Below, piece after piece: positions 20,336 to 29,900 of a DNA stretch of 64,000 nucleotides. Below the pieces are notes generated by a model. That model did no database searches. It worked only from the letters and a program-made list of their open reading frames with translations, and was not told where the DNA came from. Within the stretch, counting starts at the first letter, position 1; the number at the start of each line of letters is the position of its first letter. This stretch comes from Alphaproteobacteria bacterium (lineage in GTDB: Bacteria > Pseudomonadota > Alphaproteobacteria > Bin95), in contig CAXXWS020000004.1 in the NCBI GenBank assembly GCA_963665325.3, positions 308,794-372,793 on the forward strand, read 5' to 3'. The position numbers and the translations under genes were made by a program.

Positions 20336-21340
20336 TCAGCAACGCGGTCCGGCGGCAAGCGCGCGGGGCAGCGCCTCTTCCGCGAACAGGCGCATCGACC
20401 TCTCGACGGCATCGGGCGCAAGACCGCCGAAATTTTGCAACGTCAACACATGGCCAAGGCCCCAGCCGGCGAGCATGCGCAGCTTCTCCGCCACGGTTTT
20501 GACCGAGCCCATGAGCGAGAGGCCGGACGCCATGATGTCGTCCCAGGTCTGCCGGCGCGCATAGAGCCTGGTCGCGACATAGAGCTCGAACGCCTCGGCC
20601 GCCATCTCCTGGGCTTCCTCGTCGGTTTCCGCAACGAAAGTGTGGAAAGCGAAGGCCGCCGCATCCCCCGCAGCATCCAGCCCCGCTTCCGCCCTCCCCT
20701 CGGCAAAGGACCGGAACAGGGTGCCGACATCGTCCATGCCGGCGACGGATGCGTAGGGCACGCAGAATATGGAGTTCCCGGCCTTCCCCACATGCCAGGC
20801 AGCCTCCGGGCGCAGCACCGCCACATGGATCGGCACCGGGCGCTGCACCGGCGCAACATTCAGCGCGACGCCGTCGATCTTGTGGTAGCGCCCGTCAAAG
20901 TCGACCGGCTCGCCCGAGAGCGCCAGCCGCAGCACCTCGAGCGCCTCGTCGAAGCGGTCGCGCTTCTCCTGCGGAAGGACGCCGAATCCTTCGAATTCGT
21001 GCGCGAGATAGCCGGAGCCCACGCCCAGCACCAACCGTCCGCCGGAGAGCATGTCGACCATGGCGTAGCTCTCTGCGACCGTCAGCGGATTGCGGAACGG
21101 CAGCACCGAGATCGCCGTGCCGAGCCGGATGCGGGACGTCTTTGCGGCCATGGCGGTCAGCAGGACGGCCGGGTCCGGCACAGCGCCATATTCGTGGAAG
21201 TGATGCTCGGCGGTGAAAAATGCCTCATAGCCGAGGTTTTCCGCGAGCACGCACTGGCCGATGACTTCGTCATAGAGACCGGCGACCGAGCGCGGGCGGC
21301 CCGGATAGTGGTCGCCTATGGAGAGGATCGAGTAGCGCAT
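20336..21340 (-). CDS. LLM class flavin-dependent oxidoreductase
   Basis: AEHHF, TSRIRLGT, LSGGRLVLGVGSGY. Confidence 0.92.
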   Translation of the reverse strand: MRYSILSIGDHYPGRPRSVAGLYDEVIGQCVLAENLGYEAFFTAEHHFHEYGAVPDPAVLLTAMAAKTSRIRLGTAISVLPFRNPLTVAESYAMVDMLSGGRLVLGVGSGYLAHEFEGFGVLPQEKRDRFDEALEVLRLALSGEPVDFDGRYHKIDGVALNVAPVQRPVPIHVAVLRPEAAWHVGKAGNSIFCVPYASVAGMDDVGTLFRSFAEGRAEAGLDAAGDAAAFAFHTFVAETDEEAQEMAAEAFELYVATRLYARRQTWDDIMASGLSLMGSVKTVAEKLRMLAGWGLGHVLTLQNFGGLAPDAVERSMRLFAEEALPRALAAGPRC

Positions 21341-21924
21341 GGCGCGCGAGTATAAGCAGCCCAGGCCGCGCCGTCGTCAACGTCCGCCAGCCGGTCGGCG
21401 AGCGCCGCAGGGAACGGCAGCTGCGCCAGCGCATCGGCGAGCGTCTCGGGATGCGACCAGCGAACCGGGCCGGCGAAAAGGCGCGTGCGCCGCCTGACGC
21501 CGACGAGCCAGAAACCGCCGTCCTCCGCGGGGCCGAACACAGCCCGCGCCCCGCAGAGCCGGCGGAAGGCGCGCGCGACATGCCGCGCTCGCAGGCCGGG
21601 AATGTCGCTGCCGACCAGCACCGCCGGCAGGGCGACGCGGGCGAGCGCCCGATCCATCCGCGCCCCGATGTCACCGCTGCCCTGCCCGAAGCGCCCGAGC
21701 TTTCGCGGCCAGGGGCCGCGTGCGCGGTCGGGCGTTACCGCGAGCACCACCCGCCAGCGCCTGTCCACCGCCAGCCGGCGCAATTGTTCCGCTGTCGTGC
21801 GCCGGTAGAAGGCGGCGGCGCGCGCGGGCCCGATGGCGGCCGCCAGCCGCGTCTTGACGGCGCCGAGCCGGGCCTCGCGCACCATCACGACCACTGTGCC
21901 GCGCCGCATCCCGCAGGACCTCAT
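21316..21924 (-). CDS. DUF2064/TIGR04282-type glycosyltransferase-like protein
   Basis: GAVKTRLA, QGSGDIGARM, GSDIP, GPAEDGGFWLVG, DVD. Confidence 0.85.
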   Translation of the reverse strand: MRSCGMRRGTVVVMVREARLGAVKTRLAAAIGPARAAAFYRRTTAEQLRRLAVDRRWRVVLAVTPDRARGPWPRKLGRFGQGSGDIGARMDRALARVALPAVLVGSDIPGLRARHVARAFRRLCGARAVFGPAEDGGFWLVGVRRRTRLFAGPVRWSHPETLADALAQLPFPAALADRLADVDDGAAWAAYTRAPCATRSSP

Positions 21925-22574
21925 TCGTATAGCCTCTGGATGCGCTCCGGCGCCATGCCGGCCAGGAACAGCGAGAGGCAGGCGAGATTGCGCAGCGGCC
22001 GGCGCCAGTAACCGTCGCGGCGATAGCGGATGGCCGACGTCACGACCTCCGCGTCGAGTTCGTCCAGCCGGCGTCGGCCGATGCGGCGGACCAGGTCCAC
22101 ATCCTCCATCAGCGGCATGTCGCGATAGCCGCCGACCGCGTCGTAGAGCGCGCGCGGCAGGACCAGCCCCTGGTCGCCGTAAGGCAGGCCGAAACGCCGG
22201 GCGCGCCAGTTCGCAAGCCGCTCGATGCGCCGCGCCGCCGGTGCGGGATCGTCGAGGCGCAGGCGGAACCAGCCGGCGCGCCCGTCCATCGGGAGCGCTA
22301 CCGGCCAGTCCGGCCCGAGACGGGAATCGGCATGAAGCACCAGCAGCCACGGCGCGCTAGCGGCCGCCACGCCGGCGCGCAACTGGTGGCCGCGCCCTCT
22401 CGGCGCCTCGATCAGACGCACGCCGGTCGCCTCTGCGATTTCCACTGTCCCGTCGGTCGAGCCGCCGTCCGCGACCACAATTTCCTCGATCCGGTCTCGC
22501 CCCGGCGCCAGCGAGTCCAGCGCGGCCGGCAGGCCGGCGGCAGCATTCAGGGTCGGGATCACGACCGCAAGCAT
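21921..22574 (-). CDS. TIGR04283-type GT2 glycosyltransferase
   Basis: VIPTLNAA, DGGSTDGT, LHADS, PYGDQG, PLMEDV. Confidence 0.9.
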   Translation of the reverse strand: MLAVVIPTLNAAAGLPAALDSLAPGRDRIEEIVVADGGSTDGTVEIAEATGVRLIEAPRGRGHQLRAGVAAASAPWLLVLHADSRLGPDWPVALPMDGRAGWFRLRLDDPAPAARRIERLANWRARRFGLPYGDQGLVLPRALYDAVGGYRDMPLMEDVDLVRRIGRRRLDELDAEVVTSAIRYRRDGYWRRPLRNLACLSLFLAGMAPERIQRLYE

Positions 22575-22621
22575 GGCCTCCGCCTATAGCCGCGCCCGCC
22601 CGCGCCGTCCACGGCCAGCCC

Positions 22622-23145
22622 AGCGGGACTGTCATGAAGTGTCATGTTTTGTCATGAGGCGCCGCCCGTCCGCCGGCCTCTTCCCGGCCTGGGCAAGGAG
22701 AGGACCCCTGCGATGCGTCATGAGATGTGATGATCTGTATGCGCACGGCGTATCGACGGTGGCCCGTGCCGGCATGAAGCAGCGGTTTCGGGCGGGGACT
22801 CAGGGTATTTCGCCCGGTTTCTCCGACTTATCATCTTTGGCATGGGTTGCTCCGTCTGATCCGGTTATGTTCCATTCGTGCCGACGACGGCTCGCCGTGC
22901 AGCGGGTCCCTAGTTTCGCGCGTATCGCGTGCGGGCGCGGGCGGGTGTCAGCGCCGGCGCGGTTCGCGCGCCTGATTGCGCCCGCGCGCAAGGCAAGTGC
23001 GGGGCGCACTTATCCCGTGCGTTCCGTTGGGGTTTTTTCGCGCCGGCGCAAGGCAACAGGCGAAGCGGCCCGCGGATACCGCTTCCTCCTGACCCATCAT
23101 ACCACAGTTTCTCTGAGGTCAAGTTGTTCCTGGTAATTTTTCTTA
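22622..23145 (-). repeat. Dispersed structured intergenic element, copy B
   Basis: Reverse-complement homolog of 5455-5908; identical core 22951-22982; TGTCATG x3 at 22630-22656. Confidence 0.8.
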
Positions 23146-23171
23146 ATTGCCCGAACGAGGCGCAATTACCG

Positions 23172-23377
23172 CTAGAGCGGAATCCGTTCGAATTGAACCG
23201 AAACTGGAACCGAATCCAAGACCGTCACCCCGGCCCCCGAGCCGGGGTCCAGAACCGCTTTCGAAACCTGGTCAAGCCCCGGTAGACTGGACCCCGGATC
23301 TCCGCTCCGCTCCGTCCGGGATGACAACCGGAGTTGCATATCCGGTCCCGGTTCAGCTCGAACGGACCGTGCTCTAG
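23172..23377. mobile_element. MITE with IS630-like ends and internal REP-like palindromes
   Basis: Ends CTAGAGCGGAATCCGTTCGAATTGAACCG / CGGTTCAGCTCGAACGGACCGTGCTCTAG (imperfect IR, CTAG at both ends); internal GTCACCCCGG..CCGGGGTCCAG / CTGGACCCCGG..CCGGGATGAC. Confidence 0.7.
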
Positions 23378-24063
23378 AAACTGTATCTCAGCGAAAGGAC
23401 CGTCTTCGTTTCCTCGATGTCCAGGAAACTTGCGCCGTCGAGAGACACCCGGGCCTTCGCATGGTTGAGGCCGAGATTCGCCGACAGTCCCCGCGCGATA
23501 TCGTATTGAGCGCCCAGCGCGGCGGACGCCTCGTCCTTGCCCTCGATACGGCCGGCCTGGCCTTCGAGCGAGAGTGTCAGTGCGCCCGTTTTCGTGCGCA
23601 CGCCGGAGGAGACATACCAGCGGTCCGTGTCGGGTCCCTTCGTCGAAAAATGCTCATAGCCGGCGCCTGCATCGACCGTGGTGCTGCCGTAGATGACTTC
23701 GCCGACAACGCCGAAACCCCTGGTATCGAACCTCGGCCCGCCGGCCGGGGTATAGGCGCCTTCCGCCGCCCGCAGGGTCGCCCGCCAGTCCCTGGTGCCC
23801 GCCGGGCGCTGGAAGGTCGCGCCGAGGTCCAGGTCTCCTTCCTCGTCGACCGCCGCGCCGACCACCCATGGGCCGAAGCGTCCTGTGTATCCGGCGCTCG
23901 TTTCCTCGAGCTCGCCCAGGAAGCCGTCGAAGGCCAGCACGGCATTGCCGGCTCCGCGCGTGCGGCGCGTCAGTTCGCGCACGGCGCCCGAAACATTGCC
24001 GCCCAGCACGGTGCCCCAATAGCTGGCGACCGACAGCGCCGCGTTGTCGGTGTGGACCTTCAA
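23374..24063 (-). pseudogene. 5'-truncated outer-membrane beta-barrel (porin-like) protein
   Basis: Amphipathic strands, C-terminal LRYSF, no signal peptide; frame starts abruptly at an AT-rich junction. Confidence 0.55.
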
Positions 24064-24423
24064 TAGAAGGATCTCAAGTTCGGACTATCTGACGCAGGGT
24101 CGCTTTCCCTCCCTGATAAGTCCTTTGAATAGAATGCCTTGATGGCATTGTCAAGGATATATTTTGAAGACACTGAGGACAACAATTATCGAAGCTGTGT
24201 GGCCGATTTATGGTATCCGGGGAACTGGACAGTGTGGATAGAGGTGGGATCGAAGTGGTCTGGATGACATGCTGTCGCTGATTTTTTCTGGACCATAGGT
24301 AACGACGTATGTACGATGCGCCAGTGGGATGGGAGAAGCTCGCATGCGGACCGAAACAGGAGATTTATCATTAGTTATCTCATACAAGGATAGCCGTGTG
24401 TTGCGGAGTGGGGGCTCCGTTTC

Positions 24424-24810
24424 ATGCCGGAGGCGTCCATGAGCGACGGGGAGGAAGGGCGTCGCCAGCGCGCGGTGATGGCGACCGACGAGGAATGGGA
24501 GCGCGTCGGGCGCAGGGCCGCGGCGAGCGGCATGGAGCTCTCGCGCTTCGTGATCCATCGCGCGCTTGCGACGGACATGCTGCCGCCGGAAGTCCTGCGC
24601 CGGGCGGTGCGCCAGGCGCTGGCGATGTCGCTGCTGGAGGAGCGGCGGCTGCGCGAGGCGGGCCTGGGCGCTGTCTGGGAGGACGCCTGCGACACGGTGG
24701 ACGAGTGGATCGACCGGGAGGGCATGCTGGACCGCCTGACCGATCCCGGCGCGGCCAACCGCTGGAAGGCGGTGGGGCGGGAGCCGGAGGACGAGGAGGA
24801 GGAGTCGTGA
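24424..24810 (+). CDS. Hypothetical mobilisation-associated protein (RHH-like)
   Basis: ATDEEWERVGRRAAASGMELSRFV resembles MobC-type RHH; coupled to the next two genes. Confidence 0.6.
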   Translation: MPEASMSDGEEGRRQRAVMATDEEWERVGRRAAASGMELSRFVIHRALATDMLPPEVLRRAVRQALAMSLLEERRLREAGLGAVWEDACDTVDEWIDREGMLDRLTDPGAANRWKAVGREPEDEEEES

Positions 24811-25118
24811 CGGAAGAGGCGGCGCGTCCGCTCAGGCGCCAGCGGAGCCTGCATTGCACGCCGGCGGAGCAGGCGATGATCCGGGAGAAGGCGGCGGAGG
24901 CCGGCAAGCCGGTGTCGCGCCATGTGCTCGACCTTGCGCTTGCCGACGACCCGGACCGCCACCCCCTGGTGCTGACGGAGGAGGAGCAGCGGGAGCTGCT
25001 TGACGGCATTCGCGAGGTGGGGGCGTTCGTGCTGGCGCTGAGGCGCGAGCTTCCGGGCGGCAGCGGGCTCAGCCTGCTGGGGGCGATCTCCCTGCTGGCA
25101 GGGGAGTGGAGCCGATGA
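24807..25118 (+). CDS. MobC-like ribbon-helix-helix protein
   Basis: CTPAEQAMIREKAAEAGKPVSRHVLDLAL; GTGA overlap. Confidence 0.6.
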   Translation: MTEEAARPLRRQRSLHCTPAEQAMIREKAAEAGKPVSRHVLDLALADDPDRHPLVLTEEEQRELLDGIREVGAFVLALRRELPGGSGLSLLGAISLLAGEWSR

Positions 25119-25570
25119 GGCAGGCCAGGCGGGGCCGCAGGGCGAGGCCGTCCTCGAAGCATATCTCGATCTCGGCGTGGGACAGCGAGTGGGAGACGGT
25201 GCGCCGGCATGCGGACCGGCGGGGGCTGTCGATCGCGCGCTACCTTGTGGGTCTGGTGGAGCGCGGCGGCCCGGAGGAGATCGCGGGACCGGTTCTTGCG
25301 CTCGATGCGGCCGAGCAGCGGGAACTGCTGGCAGCGGTGCGGGAGGTCCGGTCGCTGATGCTGGAGGGAGCGGATGCGGCGCCTCTCGTGCGGGACATGC
25401 AGGAGCGGGTCGCGGTGCAGTTCGCGTCCTGGATGTCGGCCATGGCCAGCGCAGGCCGCGGGAAGGAGTTGCACGCCGCACTCGCCTCGGTGCTCGGCGA
25501 GGCCCGCGCCCGGCTTGTCGCCGCCCCGGTCATGCCGGCTGCCGCCGGGACGGCGGACCCGCCGTCGTGA
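25115..25570 (+). CDS. MobC-like ribbon-helix-helix protein
   Basis: ISAWDSEWETVRRHADRRGLSIARYLV; ATGA overlap; shares LxLxxxEQRELL with the preceding gene. Confidence 0.6.
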   Translation: MRQARRGRRARPSSKHISISAWDSEWETVRRHADRRGLSIARYLVGLVERGGPEEIAGPVLALDAAEQRELLAAVREVRSLMLEGADAAPLVRDMQERVAVQFASWMSAMASAGRGKELHAALASVLGEARARLVAAPVMPAAAGTADPPS

Positions 25571-25689
25571 CGGCCCCGGCGTTCCGGGCGTTTCGCGCCA
25601 CGCCGGCGCCGTTGCCACGGACGCCGGATAACGGCGGCGGTACGGACGGTTCGATAGCCGGTCATACAGCCGCGAGGTACGGCATGCGG

Positions 25690-26090
25690 GTTGTCATTGC
25701 ACTATATATTGAACACATGAATATCGTTCATATGTCTTCGATAACACATTTCATGAAAAAGATTAAATGGATAGAAAGATTATATAGCGCCCACATAACA
25801 CCGCTATCGAGCGCATGCGATTTCGCCTGCCCGGGCGAGAGGGTGAAACGGCCGCTCGCGAAGAATGCGCCGCGGCGCGCGGCGCGCGGCGCGTGCCATC
25901 GCCACGAAGATTATGTGGCGATTACATGGTCGATCATGCAGTCGGCGGATGCGGCATGGGCGGCTTGCTCCGCTCATGCATGTTTCGCAGAAGTGTCGTT
26001 CCTGTGTCTTGCGGCCGGCCACGAGATTACAGGGATTTCGGGCATGCGTATGTCGCCGGTATGTGGCACGGAGTCTCTATCGTGGCGCGG
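25690..26090. promoter_or_regulatory. Candidate oriT/promoter region of the MOB-F module
   Basis: AT-rich tract 25700-25800 bracketed by CTATATA/TATATAG; hairpin ATCGCCAC..GTGGCGAT; lies between the RHH genes and the relaxase operon. Confidence 0.4.
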
Positions 26091-26231
26091 TCTTCGCCGG
26101 ACCGTACGGGACGGAGAGAGGCCATGTTCATCCAGGAAGCGGCGGCATGGAACGGTGAGTTCGACATCCAGGGGCCGGATTGTCACCAACGATGCCGGGC
26201 GCCCGGCGATGAAGAGGAGATTGAGGGAACG

Positions 26232-26915
26232 ATGACGACGGGACATGACGACACCGGCCGGCGGGACGGCGGGCGGAACCTCCTGGCGCCTCTTCCGGGG
26301 GACCGGGCGGCGCCGGGCCGCGATCCGGCCGGGTCCGAGGCGCTGCTGACGGCGGTGCTGGAGATGCGGGAGGAACAGGCCAGGTTTCGGAAGGAGGTGC
26401 GGGAAGAGCTGGCGGGGCTGCGGAACGAGGCGCAGGCGGATCGACCCGAGCCGGTCACGGGCGACGCGCTGGACGCCTGGAGCGGGGCGTTGCTGGAGAA
26501 GATCGGCGAGATGGTTCCGAAGGAGACCGAAGCCGGCGACGCCATGACGGAGCATGCCGGAAGGATGGAGGCGGCGGCCGAACGGATCGACGCGGGGCTG
26601 GAGCGGACCGCGAAGCGCTTCTCGGCGGACGTTGCGGGGATGGAGAAGTGGCTTGCGGAGGACCGTTCGGCGATCCGGGCATCGATGAGCGGGATCGAGA
26701 GCGCCGCGGCGCGCATTGAGGCCGGGCTCGGCGAATTCCACAAACGGGCCGACAGCCGGTTCAACGATATCGCCTCGGTCGCTTCCGACACGCTGCGTAA
26801 GGTCCGGACGTTGCAAATCAAGTGGCAGGCATTGCTCTCGCCCTGGGCGGCTGTTGTCTTCATTATGGGCATCGTCTTTGCCAACACCCTCAAACTGGTC
26901 GATCGGCTGTTATGA
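26232..26915 (+). CDS. Hypothetical coiled-coil protein with C-terminal TM helix
   Basis: GAGGG RBS, helical composition, hydrophobic C-terminus; precedes the relaxase. Confidence 0.6.
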   Translation: MTTGHDDTGRRDGGRNLLAPLPGDRAAPGRDPAGSEALLTAVLEMREEQARFRKEVREELAGLRNEAQADRPEPVTGDALDAWSGALLEKIGEMVPKETEAGDAMTEHAGRMEAAAERIDAGLERTAKRFSADVAGMEKWLAEDRSAIRASMSGIESAAARIEAGLGEFHKRADSRFNDIASVASDTLRKVRTLQIKWQALLSPWAAVVFIMGIVFANTLKLVDRLL

Positions 26916-26977
26916 GGCCATTGCCCGCTTGCCGTTGCCTGCCGCCGCCGCCGTCGGCTGCGTGTTAGGCCGGCCGC

Positions 26978-29900
26978 ATGGTCGCGACGTTCGTCGAGCT
27001 CCGTTCCTCCGCGGTGACGGTGTCCTATTTCGAGCGGGACGGCTACTACGCGAGGAACGACCCGGAGCACCGGCAGGCGAGTTTCTGGCACGGGGGCGCG
27101 GCTGAGGCGCTGGGGCTCGGGGGCCATGTGCGCCCGAAGCGGTTCGAGTCGGTTCTGGCGGGGTTCGTGCCGGGGACGGACATCCGGCTCGGTCGGATGC
27201 GCGAGGGCGAGCGCGTTCACCGGCCCGGCTGGGACCTCACCTTCTCGGCGCCGAAGTCTGTGTCGATCGAGGCTCTGGTGATGGGCGACCGGCGGGTGAT
27301 CCGGGCGCATGACGAGGCAGTGCGCGCGACGCTCGACTGGGTGGAACGGGACCTGTTGCAGACGCGGGGGTGGGATGCGGTGACGCGGCGGCGCCCGCGG
27401 GTGAAGGCCGGCGGCATGGTCGCGGCCGGGTTCCGGCACCTGACCAGCCGCGACCGGGACCCGACGCTGCACACGCACTGCGTGCTGGCCAACATGACGC
27501 GCAATGCGGACGGCCAGTGGCGCAGCGTCGAGCCGACGGCCATCAAGTGGAACAAGAAGCTGATCGGGTCCTATTACCGCAACGAGCTGGCGCGGCGGCT
27601 GGAGGCGCTCGGCATGGCGGTCGCGCCGCGGCTGGTCGGACGCATCCCGGGCTTCGAGCTTGCGGGCTACTCGCGCGACTTCGTCGAGGCGTTCTCGGCC
27701 CGGCGGCTGGCGATCGAGGCCGACCTGAAGCGCAACAAGCTGCCATACACGGCGAAGAATGCGCAGGCGGCGGCGCTGCGCACCCGCAGGCGCAAGAGCG
27801 AGGAGAGCCTGGCGGACCTCGTGCCGGAATGGCGCGCGCGGGTCCGCGAGCTGGGCCTCGTGCGCGAGAAGGCGGCGCTGGCGCCGCCCCGGCCGCTGGA
27901 CCCGCTGACGGGAGAGCGGACGGCGCGGCCATGCATGCCGGCGCTCGATGCGACGGCGAACGAGCTGAGGCGGCAGAGGCGCGCGCCGGCCCTGCCGAAG
28001 CTGGTGCGCGACGGGGCGGCGGTCCGGGCGGACAAGGCGTCCCTGCGGCTGGCGCGCTCGACGGCGCGGGCGGAACTCTCATATGAGCCGGCGCCAGGCC
28101 TGCTGGAAGCGGTGGCGCGCGCGGTGGCGCATGTCGAGGAACGGCGGGTGCGCATCCCGGAGGCGGAGATAAGGGCCGTCGCGCTCGGCCATGCGCCGGG
28201 GCGCTACACGCTGGCAGAGGTCGATACCGCCACCGCACGCCTGGTGCGGAGCGGCGAGCTGGTCGAGACCGATAGCCGGGGCGCTGACCGGGCCTTCATC
28301 ACCGACCGCGCGGTCAAGACCGAGCGGCGCATGCTGGCGGCGATGCGCGCGGCGCGCGGCGAGGGGCGGGCCGAAGCGGACCCGGACACGGTCGCCGCAC
28401 GGCTCCGGCAAAGCGGCCTCACAAGCGGCCAGCAGCAGGCGGTGCGCACGGTCCTGCTCTCCCGCGACCGGATCGTGGGCGTGCAGGGCCATGCCGGCAG
28501 CGGCAAGACCACCATGCTGCGCACGGTTAAGGAGTTGCTGGACGGCAGGACGATCATGGGCCTTGCGCCCTCGGCGTCGGCGGCCAGGGTTCTGGCAAGG
28601 GAGGCGGACATCCCGTCCCGGACACTGCAATGGTTCCTCACCCGCCACGGGGACCTATCCGATCCCGCGCGGCTCGCCCGGGCGCGGGCCGAGTTCGGGC
28701 GCGCGGTGCTGGCGGTGGATGAGGCCTCGATGATCGACACGGTGCGCATGGAGGCGCTGCTCCGGATCGCGCGCAATCTCGGCGTGGCCCGCATTGTCCT
28801 TGTCGGCGACACGGCGCAGCTGCGCGCCGTCGATGCGGGCCAGCCCTTCCGGGTGCTGCAGAAGGCCGGCATGGCGACGGCGGTCATGGACGAGGTGCTG
28901 CGCCAGAAGGACCCGGAACTGAAGACGGCGGCGGGCCGCGCCCGGGAAGGCGAGCCGGGGGCGGCGATCCGGGAACTCGGCCCGCGTGTGCATGAACATT
29001 CCCGCGAGGAGCTCGGCCCGGATGCGGGCCGGCGCTGGCTGGCGCTATCGCCGGAGGAGCGCGCCGACGCCCTCATCCTGGCGCCGACCCATGCGATCCG
29101 CCGGCAGGTGAACGAGACCGTGCGCGAGGGGCTGGAGGCGGAGGGGCTGCTGCACGGGCGCGCGCTGGCGATCGACCGCCTTGTGGACCGCCGCCTGACG
29201 CGCGCGCAGGCCTCCGACATACGCAGCTACGAGCCGGGCGACACGGTGGTCTTCCATCGTGATGTGTTCGGCTGCCGGGCGGGCGACGTCTGCATGGTGA
29301 CGGGCAAGGATGAGGGGCATGTGGCGATGGCCGGTCCGGACGGCGGCGAGCGCCGGTTCCGGCCCTCGGGCAATGCGGCGGCATATCTCGGGCTCTACGA
29401 CACCGAGCGGATCGAGGTCATGACGGGCGACCGTATCCGCTGGACCCGCAACCGCAAGGCGCCGCCCGCAAGGTTCGGCCACCCGCGCCAGCCGGACCTG
29501 GTAAACGGCGGCGAGGCGGAGATCGTGGAGATTGACCGCCAGCGGGTGCTGTTCCGCGACGATGCGGGGCGGACGTTCCCGCTCCGGCGCAAGGACCCCC
29601 AGCTTCGCCACCTGGACCACGCGTATTGCTCCACCGTGCATGGCGCGCAGGGCCGCACCGCGCGCGCCGTCATCGCGGTGCTGGACGCGCATGGCGCCGT
29701 CGACCAGGCGATGTTCCATGTCGAGGTCAGCCGGGCCTCGGAGTCGTTCCAGCTGCTGACCGACGACCGCGAGGCGCTGGTGGAGATGCTGGAGGCGCGC
29801 CCCGACCGCGAGGACGGCGCGCTGGAGGCGCTGGGCCTCGACCCGGCCGCGCTTCCCGTCGTCGAGCCGGAACTGTTCGAGGCGCTGGCGGCGGACTGGC

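Noticed and set aside
18977-21355. Long opposite-strand ORFs (792 aa here; also 29045-31651 and 44293-46452)
   Set aside because: Shadow ORFs of real genes in high-GC DNA, with no motifs.
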